Shown: positions 9,577 to 19,186, numbered from the stretch's first letter. The stretch: 64,000 nt of DNA from Candidatus Omnitrophota bacterium (GCA_023247445.1 JAHFGL010000004.1:1520-65519), one strand, 5' to 3'. Numbers and translations are program-made. Notes: generated by a model not told the origin, from the letters alone.

Positions 9577-10248
9577 ATGCTCAACGATTTACAGCCACTT
9601 TTTTTGACGTTCGAACTGGCCGCGATTACAACGCTAATCCTCGTTGTGCTGGGCATTCCGTTGGCCTATTGGATCGCCTTTTCAAAAAGTAAATTAAAAT
9701 ACATTGTTGAACCGCTTGTCAGTATGCCGCTTGTCTTGCCGCCGACTGTTTTAGGTTTTTATATCTTACTTGCCTTTAGTCCAAAATATTTTCTTGGACA
9801 TTATTTGGAATCGACCTTCGACATTCGAATTGCGTTTAGCTTTGTGGGACTTGTGATTGGTTCGGTCTTTTTTAGTCTTCCGTTTATGGTTAATCCCATT
9901 AAGTCAGGATTTGAAAATTTTCCAGTTTCCTTAATTGAAGCTTCGTACGTTTTGGGAAAATCAAAATGGGAAACTTTAATCAAAGTTATTCTGCCCAATA
10001 TTAAACCGGCGCTTTTTGCGGGATTCGTCATGGCCTTTGCGCATACAATCGGAGAGTTCGGTGTTGTTCTTATGGTTGGCGGCAATATTCCTGGAGAAAC
10101 AAGGGTGGCGTCGATTGCGATCTTTAGCGAAGTTGAAGCGCTTAATTACGACAAGGCTAATTTTTATTCCTTGATTCTTGTGGCGATTTCATTTTGTATT
10201 TTGTTTGGTTTCTATTATTTCAACAGAAAATCGGTAAAGATATTTTAA
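9577..10248 (+). CDS. modB: molybdate ABC transporter permease
   Basis: ABC permease EAA-like loop EASYVLGKSKWETLIKVILP. Five to six TM segments. Confidence 0.85.
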   Translation: MLNDLQPLFLTFELAAITTLILVVLGIPLAYWIAFSKSKLKYIVEPLVSMPLVLPPTVLGFYILLAFSPKYFLGHYLESTFDIRIAFSFVGLVIGSVFFSLPFMVNPIKSGFENFPVSLIEASYVLGKSKWETLIKVILPNIKPALFAGFVMAFAHTIGEFGVVLMVGGNIPGETRVASIAIFSEVEALNYDKANFYSLILVAISFCILFGFYYFNRKSVKIF

Positions 10249-10249
10249 T

Positions 10250-11131
10250 ATGATAAAACTTCATTTTAAAAAGATGATGCACACATCCCAGGGGCAAGAG
10301 TGGCTCGATGTTGATTTAAAAGTCGAGAAGGGAGGCTTTTCTACGTTTTTTGGCGAATCCGGAGCTGGGAAGACGACGCTACTGCGCATTGTCGCTGGAT
10401 TAACCGATCCAGCCGAAGGATATATTGAAGTCGATGGTGAAGTTTGGTTTGATAGTAAGCGGAAGATTAATCTTCCTGTTCAACAAAGAAAGGTTGGATT
10501 TGTTTTTCAGGACTACAGTCTCTTCCCTAATATGACAGTTCGCGAGAATATTCGATATGCGTTAGCTGACAAAAATCAGGAAAATATTATTGATGGGTGG
10601 TTAGCCGCGATGGATTTAAAAGGATTAGAACACGAGCGTCCACAAAAAATATCGGGAGGACAAAAGCAAAGGGTGGCTTTGGTTCGCGCGCTTGTCAGTA
10701 GTCCCAAAATTTTATTATTAGATGAGCCGTTGTCTGCTTTAGATGTCAACCTACGTTTAAAACTTCAGGATGAAATTCTTAAAATTTATCAAAAGACGAA
10801 GATCACAACGATCCTGGTGAGCCACGATTTGTCGGAGGTCTTCAAATTGTCGCAACGGGTTTTGGTTTTAGAACAAGGCAAGATTGTCAAATCCGGTCAA
10901 CCGCACGAAGTGTTCAGCAATCAAAATTTAAGTGGAAAGTTTAAGTTTGTAGGAACGATTGTTGATATCCAAAAAGATGCGATCCTCTCTATAATAACGG
11001 TTCAGATTGGAAATAATTTAACAAAAGTGGTGGCAACCGATGAAGAGTTGAAAGATTTAAAGGTAGGGGATAAAGTGGTCGTTGCTTCAAAGGCATTTAA
11101 CCCGCTTTTGATGAAATATGACGGTCGTTAA
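10250..11131 (+). CDS. modC: molybdate ABC transporter ATP-binding protein with C-terminal TOBE/Mop domain
   Basis: Walker A GESGAGKTT, signature ISGGQKQRVAL, Walker B LLLDEP. C-terminal approx 70 aa resemble a TOBE fold. Confidence 0.85.
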   Translation: MIKLHFKKMMHTSQGQEWLDVDLKVEKGGFSTFFGESGAGKTTLLRIVAGLTDPAEGYIEVDGEVWFDSKRKINLPVQQRKVGFVFQDYSLFPNMTVRENIRYALADKNQENIIDGWLAAMDLKGLEHERPQKISGGQKQRVALVRALVSSPKILLLDEPLSALDVNLRLKLQDEILKIYQKTKITTILVSHDLSEVFKLSQRVLVLEQGKIVKSGQPHEVFSNQNLSGKFKFVGTIVDIQKDAILSIITVQIGNNLTKVVATDEELKDLKVGDKVVVASKAFNPLLMKYDGR

Positions 11132-11227
11132 GCTGGGTAGAGAAAATATTGAATTTTTCTTTGCATACGAGTGTTTTTATATTATATTGCGAATGATTCT
11201 TCCAGTAGGAACTCAAACAAAATTCAA

Positions 11228-11560
11228 ATGATCAGAAATCTAAAAATTTATTTAATGGTGGTTGCTTTAGGAGTTGTTGGAATTTTAATCCCTTCCACTA
11301 CGTTTTCCCAAGCAGAAAATGTGCAGGTTGTTGGCGACAAGGAATTGTCTGGAGAAGTTCTTTCTGTTGATTCGGTTGAATCGGTCATTGTCGTTAAATA
11401 TCTTATCGATGAAAAAAGTGAAGCTTACGAAGCCGAGTTGTTTAAGGTTGGACCGACAACGGATATTTCAAAAGTTAAAGTGGGAGATCGCGTGCAGTTA
11501 AGTTATTCCCAGAATTCAGAAGGAACCAAGACATTAAATTCTTTAAGGATTGAAAAATAA
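11228..11560 (+). CDS. hypothetical secreted protein
   Basis: Internal start chosen for its signal-peptide-like N-terminus MIRNLKIYLMVVALGVVGILIPSTTFSQA. No recognisable domain. Confidence 0.4.
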   Translation: MIRNLKIYLMVVALGVVGILIPSTTFSQAENVQVVGDKELSGEVLSVDSVESVIVVKYLIDEKSEAYEAELFKVGPTTDISKVKVGDRVQLSYSQNSEGTKTLNSLRIEK

Positions 11561-11597
11561 ATCTTAATAACAAGTTAAATAGATGGAGAAAGAAGGC

Positions 11598-12065
11598 ATG
11601 AAAAAAGAAATGATTCTAACGGTTGTAATCGCAACAGCATTTTTAATTGGATGTTCACAAAAACCAAAAGAAGAGTCGATGCTAGATGCTGATAAAATTT
11701 TAGAAAATCAAGTGATAGCGCCGACACCGGTTGCTGGGGTTCAACAGCCGATGGTTGAAGGACAACAACCGATCGCGATGGACAATACCGCCACTATGGA
11801 GCAAGCTGCTGAACCGATGGCCGCAGTTGCCGAAGTAACCACACCAACAGCCATGGATATTCAGCAGGCCTTAAAGAATGCTGAATTTTATAATGGAAAA
11901 GTCGATGGAGATATTGGCCCCAGAACCAAAAAGGCGATCAGAGAATTTCAGGCCAAAAATGATTTAGCCGCCGATGGTAAGGTTGGACGTAAGACATGGG
12001 CAAAGCTTGCACCCTATCTTAACCAAGCCCCAGAACCGACAACGACAACAGATATCTCGAATTAA
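11598..12065 (+). CDS. lipoprotein with peptidoglycan-binding (PG_binding_1-like) domain
   Basis: Lipobox LIGCS. C-terminal motif YNGKVDGDIGPRTKKAIREFQAKNDLAADGKVGRKTW. Confidence 0.6.
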   Translation: MKKEMILTVVIATAFLIGCSQKPKEESMLDADKILENQVIAPTPVAGVQQPMVEGQQPIAMDNTATMEQAAEPMAAVAEVTTPTAMDIQQALKNAEFYNGKVDGDIGPRTKKAIREFQAKNDLAADGKVGRKTWAKLAPYLNQAPEPTTTTDISN

Positions 12066-12406
12066 TAATTTCGAATTGTCGAATTAGCAAAATCCAGATT
12101 TAGAGATAAGTAGCCCTTAATCCCAGAGATATTCTCCCTCCAAAGAAGAGAGCCTTCGGATTTAAATCATTCTTTATTTTTAGGATCAATGCTATAATTC
12201 GTCCATTGCATTATTCTAATTTTAATAACTTTGTATTAGGACAGCAACCTTATCGGCGATATCTAGTCGGATTGTGTTTAATTATTCGGCCATTTAAGCG
12301 TGAATAGAAGAATTTTATTGGATAATTATCCGATTGAATTTTTTAAATCATTTAGTATCATATATCTATTAATAATAAGAAAAATTCTTAAGGAGAGGTT
12401 CCTATC

Positions 12407-13423
12407 ATGCGAAATAAATTTTTATTTGTTCTAACGATGTTTGCGTTTTTGACAAGCTCGGCATTTACATTTAACAAAGGGAAACTGACGATTGATAAGA
12501 CCCAGCGAGAGGAAAAGCGAAAGCAAGAGTTAGATCAAATGCAAAAGGAATTTGAATGGTGGCCAACTGATGCCAAGCCTGCGCCGGTTAAAGATCCTGA
12601 GCAGGGAGGGTATTGGTGGTGGCCAGATGCCCCAGGGCAAGCGCGTCCGTGGGGAAATCGTGGTTATATTTATGTTTACCGAATTATTTATGATTATAAA
12701 GCCGAAGATAAATATGAAGAAGAAGTAGCCCAGCCTGTGGAACCAACACCCACGCCAGCCGCACCTGAACTGAAACCATCCTTACTAGTTAAGAAAATTT
12801 TAAAGAATGTAAAAATTTATTTTGATTATAACAAAGCTGATATACGCCCCGATCACACCGCTATTTTGGAAAAAGCGATCAAGACTTTACAGCATAATCC
12901 ACAGGCGAGCATCCTGATCACAGGCAATTGCGATACCCGTGGGTCCGTCGAATATAATCAAAAGCTAGGTAAGAAACGTGGTGAAGTTATTAAAGAATAT
13001 ATGCTTAGCCACGGAATCGCGGAAGATCGTGTCAAAATCATTAGCCGTGGGAAATTGGATGCGGTTGCTTCCATCACTGATTTAGTGGGGATGCAGAAGG
13101 ATCGTAACGCCCAATTTATGGTTGCGGAAGTGGAAGAAGTGATGATTCCCAATTTTGAGCAAGAACAAGGCGAGGATGCCAAGGCCGCCACAAAAGTTGA
13201 AGAAGGAAAATATTTAATTGAAAAAGAAGAAAAGGTTGATTCCGCGGTTCAGGTTTCAACCAAAGAATATGTGATCCAGAAAAATGATTCTCTCTGGAAA
13301 ATTGCCAAAAACGAGTTGGGGAGTGGTCATCGTTGGAAGTATCTTTATGAATTTAATAAAGAGCGCATTAAGAATCCAAATAAATTAAAGGCCGGGACAA
13401 AGATTTTGATTCCGGTTGAATAG
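12407..13423 (+). CDS. OmpA/MotB-like peptidoglycan-associated domain protein with C-terminal LysM domain
   Basis: OmpA_C-like block NCDTRGSVEYNQKLGKKRGEVIKEYM. LysM-like YVIQKNDSLWKIAKNEL...LKAGTKILIP. Signal peptide. Confidence 0.75.
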   Translation: MRNKFLFVLTMFAFLTSSAFTFNKGKLTIDKTQREEKRKQELDQMQKEFEWWPTDAKPAPVKDPEQGGYWWWPDAPGQARPWGNRGYIYVYRIIYDYKAEDKYEEEVAQPVEPTPTPAAPELKPSLLVKKILKNVKIYFDYNKADIRPDHTAILEKAIKTLQHNPQASILITGNCDTRGSVEYNQKLGKKRGEVIKEYMLSHGIAEDRVKIISRGKLDAVASITDLVGMQKDRNAQFMVAEVEEVMIPNFEQEQGEDAKAATKVEEGKYLIEKEEKVDSAVQVSTKEYVIQKNDSLWKIAKNELGSGHRWKYLYEFNKERIKNPNKLKAGTKILIPVE

Positions 13424-13432
13424 AGATAGTTT

Positions 13433-13717
13433 ATGAAGAAGATATTTCTTCTAACATTGGTTCTTTGTTGCGTGGCCAGCTTATCTGTCGAGAGTTTTGC
13501 GCAATTAAGTCGTGATATTGAATATTATAAGGGCAAGATTATCCACATGGATAAGAAAGCCAATACGATTACGGTTCAAAGAGCCGATGGAGCCAAGCGG
13601 ATTTTTGATATCAGTGCGGCAAGACATCCAGACTTAGCAGGTAATGAATTAGTCATTGTTATTGTTCCTTTGGGAACTGATAAAGCCATTAATGTAAAAA
13701 TATCAATACGGCAATAA
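13433..13717 (+). CDS. small hypothetical secreted protein
   Basis: 94 aa with N-terminal signal peptide. No recognisable domain. Confidence 0.4.
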   Translation: MKKIFLLTLVLCCVASLSVESFAQLSRDIEYYKGKIIHMDKKANTITVQRADGAKRIFDISAARHPDLAGNELVIVIVPLGTDKAINVKISIRQ

Positions 13718-13721
13718 ATGA

Positions 13722-14306
13722 ATGTTTGAAACTTTTCTTTTAGCCTTTATTCCGCTATTTGTTACCGTTGATGCGATAGGGACGTTGCCCATCTTTATTG
13801 TCCTGACGCAAAATCTAAAACAACAAGATAAAAAACGTATTATCGTTCAGTCGGTCATAACCGCCCTTTGCGTGGCCATCGGGTTTCTGGCGATTGGAAA
13901 GTTTGTCTTTAAAGTTTTAGGCATCACGATGGCTGATTTTATGATCGCTGGTGGTGTCATTCTTCTTTGTATCGCGATTGTCGATTTAATCAAACCAGAA
14001 AAATATCGTCAAGACATCTCGATCGAAGAGTTGGGGGCCGTTCCTTTGGGAACGCCGCTTATTGTTGGCCCGGCTGTTCTTGCCACGTCTTTGATGATTA
14101 TGAATCAATACGGCTTGGTGATGACGGTGCTATCTTTGGTGACAAATATTTTGCTAACAGGTTTTGTTTTTTTACAATCTGAAGTATTAATTAAATTTTT
14201 AGGTAAAGCGGGGTCAAACGCTTTATCGAGAGTCATGGCGGTTTTGCTGGCGGCAATTGCGGTCATGATGATTCGTAAAGGAATTTTCTTGATTGCAGCA
14301 GTATAA
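13722..14306 (+). CDS. MarC-family integral membrane protein (UPF0056)
   Basis: N-terminal FLLAFIPLFVTVDAIGTLPIFI is typical of MarC. Six TM segments. Confidence 0.75.
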   Translation: MFETFLLAFIPLFVTVDAIGTLPIFIVLTQNLKQQDKKRIIVQSVITALCVAIGFLAIGKFVFKVLGITMADFMIAGGVILLCIAIVDLIKPEKYRQDISIEELGAVPLGTPLIVGPAVLATSLMIMNQYGLVMTVLSLVTNILLTGFVFLQSEVLIKFLGKAGSNALSRVMAVLLAAIAVMMIRKGIFLIAAV

Positions 14307-14381
14307 AAAGGTATATTCTTTGCCCGTTGAAGATTTTTAATAAATCTAAAACGGGTATAATTTTGAAACCCACTGAATTTT

Positions 14382-14933
14382 ATGCACGATCAAGTTTATT
14401 CATATGTTATTATTCCTGCGCTGATTTTTTTGGCTAGAATTTGCGATGTGACGATTGGCACTGTGCGGATTATGCTTGTTGCCCGCGGTAAGAAGGTGAT
14501 TGCGCCAGTCTTGGGTTTTATTGAAATGATGATTTGGGCGCTGGTCATTCGTCAGCTGATGACCAGTGGCTTATCTAATTGGGTTTGTTTTATTGCTTTT
14601 GCGGGTGGCTTTGCCGTCGGCAATTACGTTGGGATGTATATTGAAGAAAAGCTGGCGATGGGGCTACAGGTTATTCGTATCATTACGCAGAAAGATGCGC
14701 ATCATTTGTTAATTGATCAGTTAAAGTCAGAAGGTTATGGCCTCACGATTGTTGATGCGCAAGGGGCCAATGGTAAAGTTAATCTTATCTTTACCGTTGT
14801 TAAACGTTCTGACCAGCAAAAGGTTATTAATATCGTTCAACAATTTAATCCGAATGCGTTTTATTCTGTTGAAGATATTCGTGCGGTTGGGAAGGGGATT
14901 TTTCCTTCGTCGAAAAACTTGTTAAACATTTAA
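14382..14933 (+). CDS. UPF0316/DUF2179-family membrane protein
   Basis: N-terminal TM pair plus C-terminal PII-like soluble domain. Pattern ARGKKVIAP..GF.E..IW...EEKLA matches the family. Confidence 0.55.
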   Translation: MHDQVYSYVIIPALIFLARICDVTIGTVRIMLVARGKKVIAPVLGFIEMMIWALVIRQLMTSGLSNWVCFIAFAGGFAVGNYVGMYIEEKLAMGLQVIRIITQKDAHHLLIDQLKSEGYGLTIVDAQGANGKVNLIFTVVKRSDQQKVINIVQQFNPNAFYSVEDIRAVGKGIFPSSKNLLNI

Positions 14934-14951
14934 AAATTCTAGGAGTTGTGA

Positions 14952-16706
14952 ATGAACATTGGATCATTTAAATTTTTGGAAAATAAGATTGTGCTACGTT
15001 TTAACCTGCGTATCTGTGAAACGGCGGAAGAACTCTTGGAGAGTTCTTTGTTTAAAGAAGTGCTCACAAGATCGCTTGATGAATTGTCTCAGCGCAATTC
15101 CTTTCTTCTTAATATTTTTGACGGTCACAAAACTGACGACCAGCAAATTAATGATTTAATAAAAACATTTCAATTCTTATCAAAAATGCCAGGGACGCTG
15201 GTTCCTAACGTCGTTAAAGGTTCACAGCGGTTCTTGAAAGATCCGCATTTGCTTAATGATTTTGTTGAGTACTTATACAATTATTGGCGTAGATATGATC
15301 GTTTTCTTATTTGTGATTCAACGCAGAATGATTTAGATAAAAGTTCTTACCGTACGTTTAATGCAAGCGTCGGAGAGTTGACCAATTTAATTCGTGGGGT
15401 TTACCGTGATATTCAAGAGAATATTATCGGACATCATCCGCGTATTTATCGACAGGTTAGCGCCGGTGCTGAAGTTGCGACGATTTCAATCGACAAGCAA
15501 ATTACGTTTCCAAGCGCCAATTACAATAAGCTCAACAAAGTCCCGATGATTCGTCAGGTATTATTACATCCACCGCTAATTCTTAATCCACCAATGAATA
15601 AACGATCAGGCAAGTTCCAGCGGATTCCCACGAATCCACTAGATGTGGTTGATATTAATAGAGAAGAGTGGCTGTGCTATCCGGCCAAAGTTGGAGAACT
15701 CGTTATTTTAATTTATTTCCACAATAAATTCTTGGATCTTGGGTTTTCGCTGTGCAACTTATTTCAATTAGCGGAAGATGAAGATTTAAACAAAAAACCC
15801 GATGCCGTTTATGTGTTTGGTGTGGCTCCGGGCTCCTTAAATCAATTTGGTGATTTTCCGACGGTTTTTTACGATGATGAAGCCAATGACCTTTTGGTTG
15901 GCGCCGTGCCTAATGACAATCAATTTGGTTATTTTGGATATTTAAAGAAAATGGTTTTGACCCTGCACAATATTATAATGATGAAAAAGGGAAGACTTCC
16001 TTTTCATGGCGCGTTGGTGCGTATTATTTTAAAAGGCAACCGTGATGTAACCATTTTATTTATTGGTGATACAGGAGCCGGAAAGTCCGAGACGCTCGAA
16101 GCCTTCCGCGAGCTTGGTTATGATAAGATTCAAGACATTATTATCATTGCTGATGACATGGGGTCGCTTGATATCGACGGCGATGGCAACATCATTGGAT
16201 ATGGAACAGAAATCGGCGCATTCTTACGACTTGATGATTTGCAGCCAGGATATGCGCTGGGCCAAATCGACCGCGCGATTATTATGAGCGCCAATCAAGT
16301 CAATGCCCGCATCATTTTGCCGGTTACTTCCTATGACAATGTCATTAAGGGCCGCAAGATCGATTATATTTTATACGCCAACAACTATGACCAAATTGAT
16401 GACGAACATCCGATTATTGAACGCGTGACGGATGTCGAAAAAGCTTTGAATATTTTCCGCGAAGGAACGGTTATGAGTAAGGGAACCACAACCACAACCG
16501 GTCTGGTTCATTCCTATTTTGCCAATGTCTTTGGCCCACCGCAGTACAAGGAAATTCACGAAGGGCTTGCGCATAAATTTTTTAATGCTTTTTTTAAGAA
16601 TGGCGTTTTTGTCGGACAGATGCGCACCCGTCTAGGATTAGTCGGCGCGGAACGTGAAGGCCCTATTGAAGCCGCTAAAGAATTATTAGAAGTTTTGCAG
16701 AAATAA
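14952..16706 (+). CDS. HprK-related P-loop kinase domain protein with approx 370-aa N-terminal extension of unknown function
   Basis: Walker A FIGDTGAGKSETLEAFRELGY closely resembles the HPr kinase/phosphorylase C-terminal domain G(D/E)SG(V/A)GKSE. Good RBS aggag. Confidence 0.55.
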   Translation: MNIGSFKFLENKIVLRFNLRICETAEELLESSLFKEVLTRSLDELSQRNSFLLNIFDGHKTDDQQINDLIKTFQFLSKMPGTLVPNVVKGSQRFLKDPHLLNDFVEYLYNYWRRYDRFLICDSTQNDLDKSSYRTFNASVGELTNLIRGVYRDIQENIIGHHPRIYRQVSAGAEVATISIDKQITFPSANYNKLNKVPMIRQVLLHPPLILNPPMNKRSGKFQRIPTNPLDVVDINREEWLCYPAKVGELVILIYFHNKFLDLGFSLCNLFQLAEDEDLNKKPDAVYVFGVAPGSLNQFGDFPTVFYDDEANDLLVGAVPNDNQFGYFGYLKKMVLTLHNIIMMKKGRLPFHGALVRIILKGNRDVTILFIGDTGAGKSETLEAFRELGYDKIQDIIIIADDMGSLDIDGDGNIIGYGTEIGAFLRLDDLQPGYALGQIDRAIIMSANQVNARIILPVTSYDNVIKGRKIDYILYANNYDQIDDEHPIIERVTDVEKALNIFREGTVMSKGTTTTTGLVHSYFANVFGPPQYKEIHEGLAHKFFNAFFKNGVFVGQMRTRLGLVGAEREGPIEAAKELLEVLQK

Positions 16707-16872
16707 TTCTTTACTATATTTTTTATTTAGTGCTAGAATACCAACAGATTGAAGGTCTTAGTACTTCATAAGTTTGTTCTTCCTCACATCCGGCAAAAAT
16801 AGTTGTAACAAATCCTGCACATCTTGGTTGAGCAAGGTTTTAAAAATTGCATAACTTGAAATAAGGAAAGCA

Positions 16873-17910
16873 ATGAACCCAGCCAATCAACCAAACAACA
16901 ATCACACCCCTGCCAATGAAGTCGAACACCAAAAACTCGAACATCTCCTCAGCATAGAAGAAGGTCTTAATTCCATCTCGCATATCGATCGGTTAATTGA
17001 TTTTATTGTTCAAAAGACAAGCCTCGTGCTTCAAGCCCAGCGATGTTCTCTGATGTTCCTTGATGAAAACACACAGGAACTCTGTATTAAAGGACACTGT
17101 GGTTTAGGTGAGGAAATCGTCCGGCAGAGCCGTATCAAATTGGGGAGTCCAATCGCTGGGCTTGTCGCTGAGGATGGAAAACCGATTCTGGTCACCGACA
17201 TCGAGCGCGATTATCGTTTTGCCAGAAAAAGTAAAAAATATTATCTGGGGAAATCATTTATCTGTGTGCCGATTCAATTAAAGAAACGTATGATGGGGGT
17301 TATTAATGTTGCGGATAAACATTCACAAGAGGGAGATGTTTTTACCGCGTTTGATTTAAAGATTCTTTCAATGATTGCCCGGCAAGTCGCAACATCGATT
17401 GAAGTGGCTAAATTGTATCGTGAAATAAATTATTTAAATATCTTAGACCCCATCACCAATCTTTTTAATTATCGATATTTTGTTAAGAGTCTTGATCAAG
17501 AGATCAGTCGGCTGCAACGTTATTCGGGATCTTTATGTTTACTCTTAATTGACATCGATGATTTTAAAGCCTACAACGATCTTTTTGGTTATCGAGAAGG
17601 TAACGCTTTACTTAAACAAATTGGACAGGTTCTCAACGAGAATTTCCGAGATGCTGATATTGCCTGTCGTTACGCGGGGGATGAATTTGCGATTATCCTC
17701 CCTGAGACGCGGGTCGATGAAGCGCAAACCGTGGTGGAGAAAATCAATCGGATCGTTGGGGACCTGTCGCTTCAAAAGAAAATTACCTTTAGCGCCGGCA
17801 TCGCCAAGTATGCCGCCGGCATGCATCGATATGATTTGATTATGAAAGCCGAAGCCGCGCTTTTTGATGCCAAGCGCGAAGGCAAAAACCGCGTTTTAAG
17901 CTACGATTAA
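16873..17910 (+). CDS. GAF-GGDEF diguanylate cyclase (variant AGDEF active-site motif, RxxD I-site present)
   Basis: GAF N-terminal half. GGDEF domain with ...FRDADIACRYAGDEFAIIL. Confidence 0.8.
   Translation: MNPANQPNNNHTPANEVEHQKLEHLLSIEEGLNSISHIDRLIDFIVQKTSLVLQAQRCSLMFLDENTQELCIKGHCGLGEEIVRQSRIKLGSPIAGLVAEDGKPILVTDIERDYRFARKSKKYYLGKSFICVPIQLKKRMMGVINVADKHSQEGDVFTAFDLKILSMIARQVATSIEVAKLYREINYLNILDPITNLFNYRYFVKSLDQEISRLQRYSGSLCLLLIDIDDFKAYNDLFGYREGNALLKQIGQVLNENFRDADIACRYAGDEFAIILPETRVDEAQTVVEKINRIVGDLSLQKKITFSAGIAKYAAGMHRYDLIMKAEAALFDAKREGKNRVLSYD
17869..17910. repeat. 42-bp perfect direct repeat, copy A (3' end of GGDEF gene): gccaagcgcgaaggcaaaaaccgcgttttaagctacgattaa
   Basis: Identical 42-mer recurs at 19101..19142. 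Degenerate similarity continues approx 18 bp beyond. Confidence 0.9.
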
Positions 17911-17975
17911 CTCCTTTCCCAATTTATGCGCAACGAAATTTAATCAGCGTTAAAGAGCAGGGCCTCTACCAAAGG

Positions 17976-18036
17976 TTGACATCACTTTAAAGAATGCTAT
18001 ACTTGCACATGTAAGGTTATCCTTACACATGTTAGG
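17976..18036 (+). promoter_or_regulatory. sigma70-like promoter (TTGACA-16-TATACT) followed by operator-like palindrome ACATGTAAGG-ttat-CCTTACACATGT upstream of the wHTH-MNT gene
   Basis: Hexamers at 17976..17981 and 17998..18003. Inverted repeat at 18007..18032, directly read from sequence. Confidence 0.5.
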
Positions 18037-18044
18037 TAAACCAT

Positions 18045-18677
18045 ATGATCTCATCGCCATTTCAAATACATGAAGTCATTGATTCACCCTCTAAGGTGGC
18101 TATTTTAAGGGTTTTAGCTTCGCGTAAGGGTCTTAAGGCCACGGGTCGAGAGATAGCCAAGTTAGCTGGCTTTTCTGTGCCATCAACGCACGACTCCTTA
18201 AAAGCTCTACATGAACGTAATATTCTAAATCTTGAAATTATCGGTAAACAGCATATTTACTCGTTAAATGAAGACGATCGTCTGGTCCAGAAAATTATCC
18301 GGCCTATGTTTGCGGCCGAAGGGGGGATCAAGGATGAGATATGCAATTTTCTTTTGACTGAAATCAAGAAAGCTGGAATTAAACGAGAGATTGTTTCCTT
18401 GATCCTTTATGGAAGTGCTCAAAGGGGACTGGCCGTGAAAAATAGTGATGTTGATGTGGCCGTTATTGTTGATAGATTGGCCAATGTCAGTAAGGTGGAG
18501 GACATTTTTATCTCAACTATTCAGCCAAGGTTTAAAGCTTACTTTGGTGTCCAGCTTGATCCTTATGTGAAAGCAGCGTCAGAATTTCGCGATTTCTTAA
18601 AGAAGAATTTGCCCCCAGTTTCAACGCTGATTAAATCCTATTCTGTATTAAATGGCAAAGAACCTTTGGAGGTTTAA
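18045..18677 (+). CDS. nucleotidyltransferase (minimal NTase, MNT-type) with N-terminal winged-HTH
   Basis: NTase motif ILYGSAQRGLAVKNSDVDVAVIV (GS...DxD). N-terminal wHTH VAILRVLASRKG...IAKLAGFSVPSTHDSL. Translationally coupled to the next gene via TAAATG. Confidence 0.7.
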   Translation: MISSPFQIHEVIDSPSKVAILRVLASRKGLKATGREIAKLAGFSVPSTHDSLKALHERNILNLEIIGKQHIYSLNEDDRLVQKIIRPMFAAEGGIKDEICNFLLTEIKKAGIKREIVSLILYGSAQRGLAVKNSDVDVAVIVDRLANVSKVEDIFISTIQPRFKAYFGVQLDPYVKAASEFRDFLKKNLPPVSTLIKSYSVLNGKEPLEV

Positions 18678-19085
18678 ATGACAGCACGTGATGCAAAGGT
18701 TAGAGAAGAAAGTAAATCGGCCGCCGGAGATTATTTGAAGAAGGCCGCCGATAATTATGACCAAATGCTGGCCGCCTTTCATGCCTCAAATTGGAACGCC
18801 GCAGCGACACTGGCTGTTCAATGTGCAATTTCCTCTGCCGATGCCATTTGTGTTCACGAAAAAGGGATTCGTTCTATTTCCCAAGATCATTTAGATGTCT
18901 GTGATTTGGTTTCAAAGCTCTCTCTTAATGGCGCCGATGAAAAATCCAAGCAGCTTCGTAAAGTGATTGCGCGAAAAAACATGGTTCAATACGAATGTCG
19001 CAGTGTTTACAAGGCTGATGCTGATGAAATGGTAAAAGTTACGACGAGATTTTATCAGTGGGTCAATGAGAAGATGGGGAAGTAA
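18678..19085 (+). CDS. HEPN domain protein (partner of MNT; toxin-antitoxin-like pair)
   Basis: 135 aa, helical. Candidate Rx5H motif IRSISQDH. Obligate pairing with the upstream NTase. Confidence 0.6.
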   Translation: MTARDAKVREESKSAAGDYLKKAADNYDQMLAAFHASNWNAAATLAVQCAISSADAICVHEKGIRSISQDHLDVCDLVSKLSLNGADEKSKQLRKVIARKNMVQYECRSVYKADADEMVKVTTRFYQWVNEKMGK

Positions 19086-19100
19086 TTAACCCCAAAGAAG

Positions 19101-19142
19101 GCCAAGCGCGAAGGCAAAAACCGCGTTTTAAGCTACGATTAA
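19101..19142. repeat. 42-bp perfect direct repeat, copy B
   Basis: Identical to 17869..17910. Lies immediately downstream of the HEPN gene stop. Confidence 0.9.
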
Positions 19143-19186
19143 TTTCTCTCTTTCCAATTTCCCGACCTTTATTTATAATCTCATCT

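Noticed and set aside
12066-12406. Long 340-bp intergenic region examined for tRNA or small RNA
   Set aside because: No cloverleaf-compatible T-arm (GGTTCGAATCC-like) or other recognisable RNA motif was found. AT-rich, likely promoter or leader only.
16820-16872. Possible sigma54 -24/-12 promoter (GG...TTGCA) upstream of the GGDEF gene
   Set aside because: Spacing between the GG and GC elements is off by one from the consensus, and the TGGCAC half is poorly matched. Not supportable.
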